A stretch of DNA of 64,000 bases from NCBI GenBank assembly GCA_963664705.1, contig OY761556.1, positions 1,120,001 through 1,184,000 on the forward strand, in the 5' to 3' direction. The notes beneath the pieces are model-generated. The model made no database searches. It was not told where the DNA came from and worked only from the letters and a program-made list of their open reading frames with translations. This document shows positions 39,607 through 47,468 of the stretch, one piece after another. A program made the position numbers and the translations under genes. Positions within the stretch are counted from its first letter, which is position 1. Each line of letters begins with the position of its first letter. The DNA comes from Acidobacteriota bacterium. GTDB lineage: Bacteria; Acidobacteriota; UBA6911.

Positions 39607-39930
39607 TATTTCCTGCCCTGCTTTGAAGGTTTATGTGTGTCCGTTTAGCCGTTCAGGCACCATTTTGATGAACCTTAGAATACTAACAAACGAAGCCGTT
39701 GTTTTCGATCCGGATCTGCGTGATATGTACGGCTCCGTCTTCCCTGGAATATCCCTACCTGATTTCTGTTTTCGATCATAGCCTCAGCTTGACTATTGAC
39801 TGATATTATCTGAAGATCGTGTTTTTTAATGTTGCTTCTGAATATGAGGGTATCCTAGATACAGGCGGTTTCCGCCGAATCGATGCAATGCATCGATGGA
39901 TGTGCTGTAATTCAATGAAGGAGAATAGAT

Positions 39931-40920
39931 ATGCTCACAAAAAGACAAAATATGGTGGAAACCGTCAAGGGCGGGAAACCCGACCGCTTTGTTAAAGGCT
40001 ATGAAGCGCTTGCGCTGGTGATGACTCCTTATGGCATGAGCGCCGGCCGTCCCATCCAGGGTGGCCCCTCCATTGTAAACAAATGGGGTGTCACCATCAG
40101 TTTTCCGTCCAATGCCCCCGGACCGTTTCCCGTGCACGATGCGGAACACATCGTCATCAAGGACATCGAACACTGGCGGGATTACGTAAAGGTACCCGAT
40201 CCCGTTATGCCGGAAGAAGCATGGGCAGAAACGGTCAAACAGGTTGAAGCTATCGACCGCAAGGAATATTTCGTTGCGCCTTTCGTCGCCCCGGGCGTTT
40301 TCGAGCAGAGCCACTATCTCCTTGAAATTACCAATTGCCTGACCGCCTTCTACACAAACCCGGACGAGCTGCATGAGATCTACGAGATGATTACCGAGTT
40401 TGAGCTCCGGTACGCGGAGGATGTCTGCAAGTATGTCAAACCCGATGCCCTGTTCCATCATGACGACTGGGGCAGCCAGAAATCGTCCTTTATTTCGCCA
40501 GCGATGTTCGAAGAATTCATCCTGCCCGCCTACAAGCAGATCTACGGCTATTACAAATCCCACGGCGTTCAGTGCATCGTTCACCACTCCGATTCCTACG
40601 GCGAAAACCTAGTGCCGTACATGGTCGAAATGGGTATGGATGTCTGGCAAGGCGCCATGTCTACCAACAACATTCCGAAGATCATCAAGGAATATGGCGG
40701 AAAATTGACCATCATGGGCGGCATCGACAACGGGAAAGTGGATCGCGGGGACTGGACACGCGAGGCTGTTCGAGAGGAGACTTTCAAGGCATGCCGCGAA
40801 TACGGCACAAAGTATTACATCCCCTGCACCACGATGGGGGACCCTGCCAGCATTTTCCCTGGTGTCTATGACGCCGTCATGGAAGAGATCGACAACGCTT
40901 CCAAGGAAATGTTCAAATAG
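39931..40920 (+). CDS. URO-D-fold corrinoid methyltransferase, paralog 5
   Basis: Closely resembles paralog 2 (MLTKRQN..GGKPDRFV; FPVHDAEH; HHDDWGS; HHSDS; YIPC; SKEMFK). Confidence 0.87.
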   Translation: MLTKRQNMVETVKGGKPDRFVKGYEALALVMTPYGMSAGRPIQGGPSIVNKWGVTISFPSNAPGPFPVHDAEHIVIKDIEHWRDYVKVPDPVMPEEAWAETVKQVEAIDRKEYFVAPFVAPGVFEQSHYLLEITNCLTAFYTNPDELHEIYEMITEFELRYAEDVCKYVKPDALFHHDDWGSQKSSFISPAMFEEFILPAYKQIYGYYKSHGVQCIVHHSDSYGENLVPYMVEMGMDVWQGAMSTNNIPKIIKEYGGKLTIMGGIDNGKVDRGDWTREAVREETFKACREYGTKYYIPCTTMGDPASIFPGVYDAVMEEIDNASKEMFK

Positions 40921-40938
40921 AAGCAGCGGAAGGCAGTG

Positions 40939-40979
40939 AAAAAAGGGCGAACCCCGAATATCAGGGTTCGCCCTTTTTT
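40939..40979. terminator. Bidirectional Rho-independent terminator
   Basis: AAAAAAGGGCGAACCC-loop-GGGTTCGCCCTTTTTT between convergent genes. Confidence 0.85.
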
Positions 40980-40990
40980 CTTCCCGGTGC

Positions 40991-41773
40991 TTAGACCCCG
41001 ATCAACTTCAGATCCAGGTCGAAATTTTCCTTGAGCAGCTCAGTGAATTCGGATTCACTCGCGATGGGCGAGGTTGAGACGCTATTCTCCTTCACCACCT
41101 TAAAATGGGTGTCGGTGAGCGTAATCCTCCCATCCTTCCTGGGCATGGTGCACATGCGCATTGTCAGGAAGAAAGAACCTGGGAATGTAGCGGTAAAATG
41201 GTTCGACATCAGAAAATCGTCAGGACTGCATTCATCCAGAGTGAAAGCGTATAGCGGATAAAATCCATCTTCGTTTTTTTTCTGCAGCACATACCCAAGC
41301 TTTGAATCCGCTACCAGGCGATAAGTATGGGCGAACTGCTTTTGTTCCGTGTTCTCCTCCAGTATCAGGGGAGCGATGAGGCCGTCATTGCCAAATCCCA
41401 CATCCGCCAGCCATCTGCTGCTTCCCGTTTCCACCAGTATTGCCTGATGAGTTTTGGTGGTGTAATGGATGCCGTCGACCGTCACCTTGGCCAGAAGATT
41501 GGTTACTTTGAATCCCATCTCCTGGAGGGCGCGGGAAAAGATGCCGTTCATCTCGAAACAGTATCCACCCCGCCTGTCTGCAACAATCTTCTTATATAAA
41601 GATGCTTCATCCAGCAGGATTGGTCTTTTGTAAAATACATCCAGGTTTTCAAAGGGTACGGTCAAGGTATGAGCAATGTGAATGTTCCTGAGAGTGTCTG
41701 CGCTGGCTTCCGTTCCGTCTTTGTAATTAATCCTCTCAAAATATGCGTCCAGGTTAAAAACGTCACTCTTCAT
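40991..41773 (-). CDS. Arylamine N-acetyltransferase
   Basis: VPFENLD; RRGGYCFEMN (Cys); THQAILV (His); WLADVGFG (Asp) catalytic triad. Confidence 0.93.
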   Translation of the reverse strand: MKSDVFNLDAYFERINYKDGTEASADTLRNIHIAHTLTVPFENLDVFYKRPILLDEASLYKKIVADRRGGYCFEMNGIFSRALQEMGFKVTNLLAKVTVDGIHYTTKTHQAILVETGSSRWLADVGFGNDGLIAPLILEENTEQKQFAHTYRLVADSKLGYVLQKKNEDGFYPLYAFTLDECSPDDFLMSNHFTATFPGSFFLTMRMCTMPRKDGRITLTDTHFKVVKENSVSTSPIASESEFTELLKENFDLDLKLIGV

Positions 41774-41832
41774 TAAAAAATAGCTCTCCTTTTGCTTCTA
41801 CCGCCTTCAAGGGATCTCGGTTTGTCCCATTT

Positions 41833-42915
41833 TTAGCGGCTATAGTGAATTCTCGATTGGCGATAGAGTTCCTCGCGAAATGCAGGAGCGGACATCTTCA
41901 GCGCATTGAAATTCAGGAAAGATGGCTTCTCCGGATTGCAGAATTGGGCCGCATAATTTTTGGCTTCCTCGCGCTGCTGCTCATCGGTCAATGCAGTCAG
42001 ATCTGAAGCTGCAGGCATAACTCCTATCAGGAGTTTGTCTCCATACAATTCATAGATTTTTTGCGTATCATTCATGGCCTGCGGGCACCACATATCCCAG
42101 CCGGCCGCTATGATGTTCGGGACTTGTTTCATGAGCTGGCCGCAGCTGTGCAGTTCGCAGTATTTGCCTCTCGAATGCAGAAAGTCGGTGACCCGCTTCA
42201 TGTAGGGGACGATCATTTCTCTGACAACGGAAGGAGAAAAGAAGGTCTCCTGTTGGGAACCCCAGTCATCATGGATGCAGAACCCATGAATGCCGGGAAA
42301 ATGTGTGCAGAATTTGTCGAAGATTCGTATGTATAGATCGGTTGCCTTGTCAAAGAAGGCTTTGATAGCATCCTGCTGGTCTTCATCGATCATGGCGACA
42401 ACCGCATTTTCAAATTCCATGAAAGTGATCAGCCGTTCATACCAGCCCGTCAGAAACCATCCTACATTGAACTTTTCGTCACTGAGAAGCGATGCATTGT
42501 CCTTTGCGCTTCCTTCCCAGTCCCAGGATTCAATATCCGGGAAAGCGATCTGTTTCGGCCATTCGTTGAAATCCTCTATGAAGGGCTTGCCGGGACGAAT
42601 CATGGATCCACCTGCGACGGGGACATACTCCCATGGCATCCCAAACATATCCGGGCCGCCGCCCTTGTTCGGGTCGAATGGATTGGCTTCGAAGACAAAT
42701 GAACGCGCCACGTTATCGGGGATAATTTTGGGGCTGAACAAACGAGTCTCAAGCATCCCCGAAATTTGCCAGATGGGCTCTCTTTTTAGCAGGGCGCCAA
42801 CAGCTTCCCTGTCGGAAACAGGGTAGTTATAGATTTTTAACGCAGGCATAAACAAGTTTGCCGGAAGTTCTTTTATAACTTCCATTTCCTTGGGGTCAAA
42901 TTTGGGCACGGGCAT
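41833..42915 (-). CDS. URO-D-fold corrinoid methyltransferase, paralog 6
   Basis: DMFGMPW; GWYERL; IHDDWGS; LHSCG; start MPVPKF after GAAGGA. Confidence 0.83.
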   Translation of the reverse strand: MPVPKFDPKEMEVIKELPANLFMPALKIYNYPVSDREAVGALLKREPIWQISGMLETRLFSPKIIPDNVARSFVFEANPFDPNKGGGPDMFGMPWEYVPVAGGSMIRPGKPFIEDFNEWPKQIAFPDIESWDWEGSAKDNASLLSDEKFNVGWFLTGWYERLITFMEFENAVVAMIDEDQQDAIKAFFDKATDLYIRIFDKFCTHFPGIHGFCIHDDWGSQQETFFSPSVVREMIVPYMKRVTDFLHSRGKYCELHSCGQLMKQVPNIIAAGWDMWCPQAMNDTQKIYELYGDKLLIGVMPAASDLTALTDEQQREEAKNYAAQFCNPEKPSFLNFNALKMSAPAFREELYRQSRIHYSR

Positions 42916-43172
42916 GTATGCTTCCTTCTCAAAACTTCTGCTGATGGTTGTCCATGGTTTGGTTTCACTCAAGGCGGGCAGAATACCATAGGACCGATGG
43001 AAAAACTGCAGGATTTGCCGAAATTATCCTGCCCGGCATGCGGTGGAATTCGAGCCATATTTCCCAGCCGGGACAGCCACACCGGGTAATGAGCCTGTCT
43101 AAATGGTAACAAAACATCGGATATAATTGACAGTTGACTTCACCCGGATCTTGTTTGTAGTTTGGAGTTGCT

Positions 43173-43712
43173 ATGCAAAATATTGAGGAGTTGATAACAA
43201 GAGCTTGCGAGGCAGGCTTTGATGCTGCAGGCGCACTGGATTGTTCCACCATCAATCTGCGGAAGGAAGCGCGCGAAGCCTGCGAAAAAAATACCTGCGG
43301 GCGGTACGGCAAAAGCTGGTCTTGTCCTCCGGGTTGCGGATCTTTGGATGAATGCACGGCCCTTATCCGTCGGTATGGCAAAGGTCTGATCGTTCAGACG
43401 ATTGGGAAACTGGAGGATGAATTCGACGGGGAAGGGATGATGGAGGCCGCGCATCGTCATGCGCAAACCTTCCGCCATTTTTCCAGGGTGTTACGGAAGG
43501 AGTATCCGGACATGCTTCCGGTTGGGAGTGAGAGCTGTTCAGCCTGTGATGCGTGCTCCTTTCCGGAATCGCCGTGCCGGGATCCGCACGGTGCCAGTTC
43601 GCCGATGGAAGCCTACGGAATGATGGTCAACGAGGTCTGCCGGGCTAACGGCCTGGAGTACTATCATGGCAAGGGTACGATCACGTTTACCGGCTGCTAT
43701 CTGCTGGAATAG
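43173..43712 (+). CDS. DUF2284-like Cys-rich predicted metal-binding protein
   Basis: CEKNTCGRYGKSWSCPP; CSACDAC; CRDP...PMEAYG. Confidence 0.82.
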   Translation: MQNIEELITRACEAGFDAAGALDCSTINLRKEAREACEKNTCGRYGKSWSCPPGCGSLDECTALIRRYGKGLIVQTIGKLEDEFDGEGMMEAAHRHAQTFRHFSRVLRKEYPDMLPVGSESCSACDACSFPESPCRDPHGASSPMEAYGMMVNEVCRANGLEYYHGKGTITFTGCYLLE

Positions 43713-43819
43713 GGTGGCGCCCGATCCACTCCTACAGGCTGACCTTTCGCGTTATATAGGAAATAGAAAATATATTATTCGAGTTCAGTAATCAGGTCGG
43801 CGGTCTCACTGAGTGCCTG

Positions 43820-44446
43820 CTATTTTCCCATGTGTACCAGGATTCCAATCGATGTCTGGACGTCATGGAACAGGCCCCCGGACGACTGTGACTGCAAAAA
43901 GGCGGGAAAATTCCCCAGAAAGTCCCTTATTTCCACTCGAATGGAATAGCGCCTGCTGGGGCGGGCCTCGATCCCGCCTCCATAATTGAAACTCCATCCG
44001 ATGTCGGAACCGGACCCGTTATCAGGATGGATGTTTCTCAGGCCGGTTCCTGCCGTTGCAAATAGACGCAAGCCGCCATTCGAATAGGGTGTAGCCAGAG
44101 CGATGTTGCAGAATAGCTGCTGTATGGTAAAGCTGGTTGATTGGCCTCCGGCTGCTTGTGAGACAGGCGCAGCCTGCAAATCCAGATCGTTCCACGCATT
44201 CCGGAAACCCATTTCCAGGGAAACCGGTGTATGCAGATCGACAGCTGCCAGGATTCCAATCTGGAATTGGTTTTTTAGCCTGGCACGATAGGTTGAACTT
44301 GCCCCATCGCGGATATTTCTATCCGGCAGAATGGCTCCTCCTCCACTTATCATCCATCGGGGATTCAGACCGGCTGCCGCCAGAGTTTTCGTCCATGGCA
44401 GGATTAACAGCAGCAATAAGAGCAGTGCATTGAAAGTTGTTCGCAT
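43820..44446 (-). CDS. Outer-membrane beta-barrel protein
   Basis: Signal peptide; alternating amphipathic strands (FATAGTG, FNYGGGIE, IRVEIRD, QTSIGILVH). Confidence 0.7.
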   Translation of the reverse strand: MRTTFNALLLLLLLILPWTKTLAAAGLNPRWMISGGGAILPDRNIRDGASSTYRARLKNQFQIGILAAVDLHTPVSLEMGFRNAWNDLDLQAAPVSQAAGGQSTSFTIQQLFCNIALATPYSNGGLRLFATAGTGLRNIHPDNGSGSDIGWSFNYGGGIEARPSRRYSIRVEIRDFLGNFPAFLQSQSSGGLFHDVQTSIGILVHMGK

Positions 44447-44474
44447 CGGGAAGCCGGACGATTTTTGCACCCCT

Positions 44475-45056
44475 TCACTTCACCTTGGCCACCACTACTA
44501 TCGCCACAATGATGATGGCAACAAGTCCGATGGTCGACAGGACCCCAAGGTTTTTACCAACCTGCCGCACATCCTGATATTGCAGCGCGATCAGATTGGC
44601 TTCGTCGTCCGGCGCAATAACGAAGTGATCCATTTCAATGGTCCGGATGTGGCCGTGTATTTTTGTGTCCCCGGTTTGAACCACAATATGCCTGCCGATG
44701 CCCAAACCCGCGATTGCGCGTCTCGCTTCGGAGGCATCCGTTGTTCCCGAAGCCCGATATTTTTGTGCAATCAAAGTCAACTCGGATGTGTCATCGAAGC
44801 GAATGAGACGTGTTGTTGAACGCGCAAGCGGCGCCAATGTAAAACCGGCATCCTCGATCGAGGATATCTGCCCCCGTATCTTTTGCCCATCCGACAGCCT
44901 GACCCGTACATCCGCGCCGATACCAAACAACTCCGCTTTTTGTTTCAGGAGGGCACTGCCATCGGGTTGATGAGTATCCGCAGCAGACACACATTGTGTT
45001 GACGAAAGCAAAACCAGGCAGACTGTGAGGCAGATAGATGTGATTTTTTTGCTCAT
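44475..45056 (-). CDS. Exported hypothetical protein with two Sm-like repeats and C-terminal TM anchor
   Basis: Signal peptide; GIGADVRVRLSDGQKIRGQISSI and GIGRHIVVQTGDTKIHGHIRTI repeats; hydrophobic C-terminus. Confidence 0.7.
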   Translation of the reverse strand: MSKKITSICLTVCLVLLSSTQCVSAADTHQPDGSALLKQKAELFGIGADVRVRLSDGQKIRGQISSIEDAGFTLAPLARSTTRLIRFDDTSELTLIAQKYRASGTTDASEARRAIAGLGIGRHIVVQTGDTKIHGHIRTIEMDHFVIAPDDEANLIALQYQDVRQVGKNLGVLSTIGLVAIIIVAIVVVAKVK

Positions 45057-45229
45057 ATTCCACTCCTACTTCATAACAAAATTATATCGGCCGCTTGCAG
45101 GGAACAGAAGGGGGCTTTGGGGCGGAACTGGATGCGAGCATTTGCCTCGGGCTGAATGGAGGCGCAAAATGGGAGAAAGCCCGAATGGGAAATCCCATTG
45201 GGAGGCCCTCCCGGGAAGTGTGGTCCATA

Positions 45230-45472
45230 ATGCGTCATTCGCTTCGCATGGCGTTGCTTGCCGCAACGTTGATTTCCCCCCTGTTTTTTGTGAATTGTGC
45301 CGCTCGCATCCGCGTATACGACGGAGATCATCATGACTACCACCGCTGGAACCATAGGGAAGCGGGTTTCTACCAGAGATGGGAAATGGAATCGCGTCGA
45401 GATCACAGGGATTTCGACCGACGCAGTGATGATGAAAAGAGGGATTACTGGAACTGGCGACATGCCCATTGA
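45230..45472 (+). CDS. Small exported His/Arg/Asp/Trp-rich protein (possible lipoprotein)
   Basis: MRHSLRMALLAATLISPLFFVNC signal, then RVYD.DHHDYHRW...YWNWRHAH. Confidence 0.65.
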   Translation: MRHSLRMALLAATLISPLFFVNCAARIRVYDGDHHDYHRWNHREAGFYQRWEMESRRDHRDFDRRSDDEKRDYWNWRHAH

Positions 45473-45667
45473 AATAAAGGCCCATAATAGTTCGGACCGG
45501 TAGCCTGGCGCGCGGCGGGCTTGCTAGCGCCACTGCGGAAGCTTCGGGACACGAATCCACCCACTCCGGGTGCCTCGCCATGGACGGTTGGACTCGGTCC
45601 AAAGCTGCATTCCGGTCATTACGGCCGGACTGGAGCAAAATCGAACCGACGATGCGGGGAAATTTAC

Positions 45668-47455
45668 ATGAGCCATGCGGTTCACAAATATGAAATGGGC
45701 GTTATCGGTAATTGTTCCTATCTCGCCTATATTGATACTCTGGCCAGGATTCAATGGCTTTGCATGCCCCGGTTTGACAGCAGCTTTGTTTTCGGCTCGC
45801 TCCTGGATCGGCAAAAGGGCGGAGAGTTTTCCATATCAACCCCGGATGCGCCCTTTGCTACGAATCAGTATTATCAGAACAACACCAATGTACTATGTAC
45901 AGAGTTTCGCTCAGGCAGTGGAACTTTCGTCGTAACCGACTTCGCGCCCCGTTTTTTTCATTACGAGCGATACTTCAAGCCCTTGATGCTTATTCGCAAG
46001 CTGGAGCCATTGTCGGGAGACCCCGTAGTCAGAGTTATCTGCAATCCAAGGGCTGGCTGGGGCGCTGTCGAACCTCAAATTGTTTTTGGCAGCAACCATA
46101 TCCGCTTTCTTAATCTGGGAATCCAGGTCCGGTTGACCACCGATATTCCCCTCAACTATGTTTTTGAGCCAAAACCCTTCGTCTTAAACCAGACGCGTTA
46201 CCTTGTTTTCACTTACGGCGAGCCGCTGGAGGCGCCGCTGGCCTCAACGGCTGAGGATTTTTTGCGTAGGACAGAGGAATATTGGATTCAATGGGTAAAG
46301 ACCACCTCTATTCCCATGCTCTACCAGGAAGAGGTGATTCGTTCTGCCCTGATCTTGAAATTGCACCAATATGAAGACACGGGGGGAATTATTGCTTCCG
46401 GAACGACCAGCCTTCCCGAAGAGGACGGGGCCGGTAGAAATTGGGATTATCGCTATTGCTGGGTTCGTGATTCCTTCTATACGCTCAATGCATTTCAAAG
46501 CCTCGGGCATTTCGAAGAATTGGAAAAATATTTTCACTTCATACAGAACGTGATTATGGGAGAATCTGGCGGCATCCAGCCGGTTTATGGCCTGAGCGGT
46601 GAAAAGGATCTGCTTGAGAAAGAGCTGGACCTGCCCGGATACAGAAATAACCGTCCCGTCCGCATTGGAAACAGCGCCTATTTGCAACCCCAGAACGATG
46701 TCTACGGCCAGCTGCTGGCTTGTCTTCTCCCGCTCTACATCGACCGCCGACTGGCTTCGGACCGGCACCGACGGCAAACAGGACTTGTCCTCCGGCTTTT
46801 GGATGCAATCGAGAAAACGATGGATGTGCCGGACTCCGGGATCTGGGAATATCGCGGCCGCCGGCAGTTTCATTGTTATACATACCTGTTCCATTGGGTT
46901 GGCTGTAATGCGGCCCTGAAGATTGCCAATGCATCGGCCGACAATACCTTGGCTGTGCGTGCGTCTCAGCTGGGCCTGGAGGCAGCGCGAAGAATCGAGC
47001 ACTGTTTCAGCAAAAACAAGCATGCCTACGTTCAAGCCATCGGAGCCGAAGACCTGGATGCCAGCACGCTGCAGTTGATCAATATGCACTATCTGGACCC
47101 GGGTGGCGATCGTGCCAAAGAGCATCTCAATGCGCTCGAAAAGGAATTGCTGTCGCCGAATGGTTTGTTGTTCAGGTATGCGCACATGGATGATTTTGGT
47201 CTTCCCAAGGTGTGCTTCCTGGCCTGCTCATTCTGGTATGCGGAAGCGCTTGCCTGCGTTGGCCGGATTGATGATGCCTGCAAAATGCTGGAATTAGGCC
47301 TGAAGTGTTCAAACCACCTTGGGCTGTTCAGCGAGGATGTGGACTTTTCCTGCGGCCAGTGGGGGAACTTTCCGCAGACCTATAGCCACGTGGGTTTCAT
47401 GAACGCAGTCTATCGCATTGCCAACGGAAGAGGGTTGCCGATCTTTCTCGAATAA
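45668..47455 (+). CDS. GH15 glycoside hydrolase (trehalase/glucoamylase-like)
   Basis: WLCMPRFDS; TTSLPE; RNWDYRYCWVRD; GIWEYR; LGLFSED; GNFPQTYSHVG. Confidence 0.92.
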   Translation: MSHAVHKYEMGVIGNCSYLAYIDTLARIQWLCMPRFDSSFVFGSLLDRQKGGEFSISTPDAPFATNQYYQNNTNVLCTEFRSGSGTFVVTDFAPRFFHYERYFKPLMLIRKLEPLSGDPVVRVICNPRAGWGAVEPQIVFGSNHIRFLNLGIQVRLTTDIPLNYVFEPKPFVLNQTRYLVFTYGEPLEAPLASTAEDFLRRTEEYWIQWVKTTSIPMLYQEEVIRSALILKLHQYEDTGGIIASGTTSLPEEDGAGRNWDYRYCWVRDSFYTLNAFQSLGHFEELEKYFHFIQNVIMGESGGIQPVYGLSGEKDLLEKELDLPGYRNNRPVRIGNSAYLQPQNDVYGQLLACLLPLYIDRRLASDRHRRQTGLVLRLLDAIEKTMDVPDSGIWEYRGRRQFHCYTYLFHWVGCNAALKIANASADNTLAVRASQLGLEAARRIEHCFSKNKHAYVQAIGAEDLDASTLQLINMHYLDPGGDRAKEHLNALEKELLSPNGLLFRYAHMDDFGLPKVCFLACSFWYAEALACVGRIDDACKMLELGLKCSNHLGLFSEDVDFSCGQWGNFPQTYSHVGFMNAVYRIANGRGLPIFLE

Positions 47456-47468
47456 CGGAGGCCGTTAT

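Noticed and set aside
29038-42915. Calling the URO-D-fold genes hemE
   Set aside because: They lack the HemE RQAGR motif, and the context is corrinoid methyl transfer.
28670-43170. Cobalamin riboswitch in intergenic regions of the corrinoid cluster
   Set aside because: No B12-box or GCCACTG/GGGAAG core seen by eye in the regions inspected; an Infernal/Rfam scan would be decisive.
46244-47185. 313-aa antisense ORF (also 58525-59367, 60499-61461, 39826-40587, 10361-11119, 17647-18450)
   Set aside because: Each lies opposite a well-supported gene and has no recognisable motifs; typical shadow ORFs.
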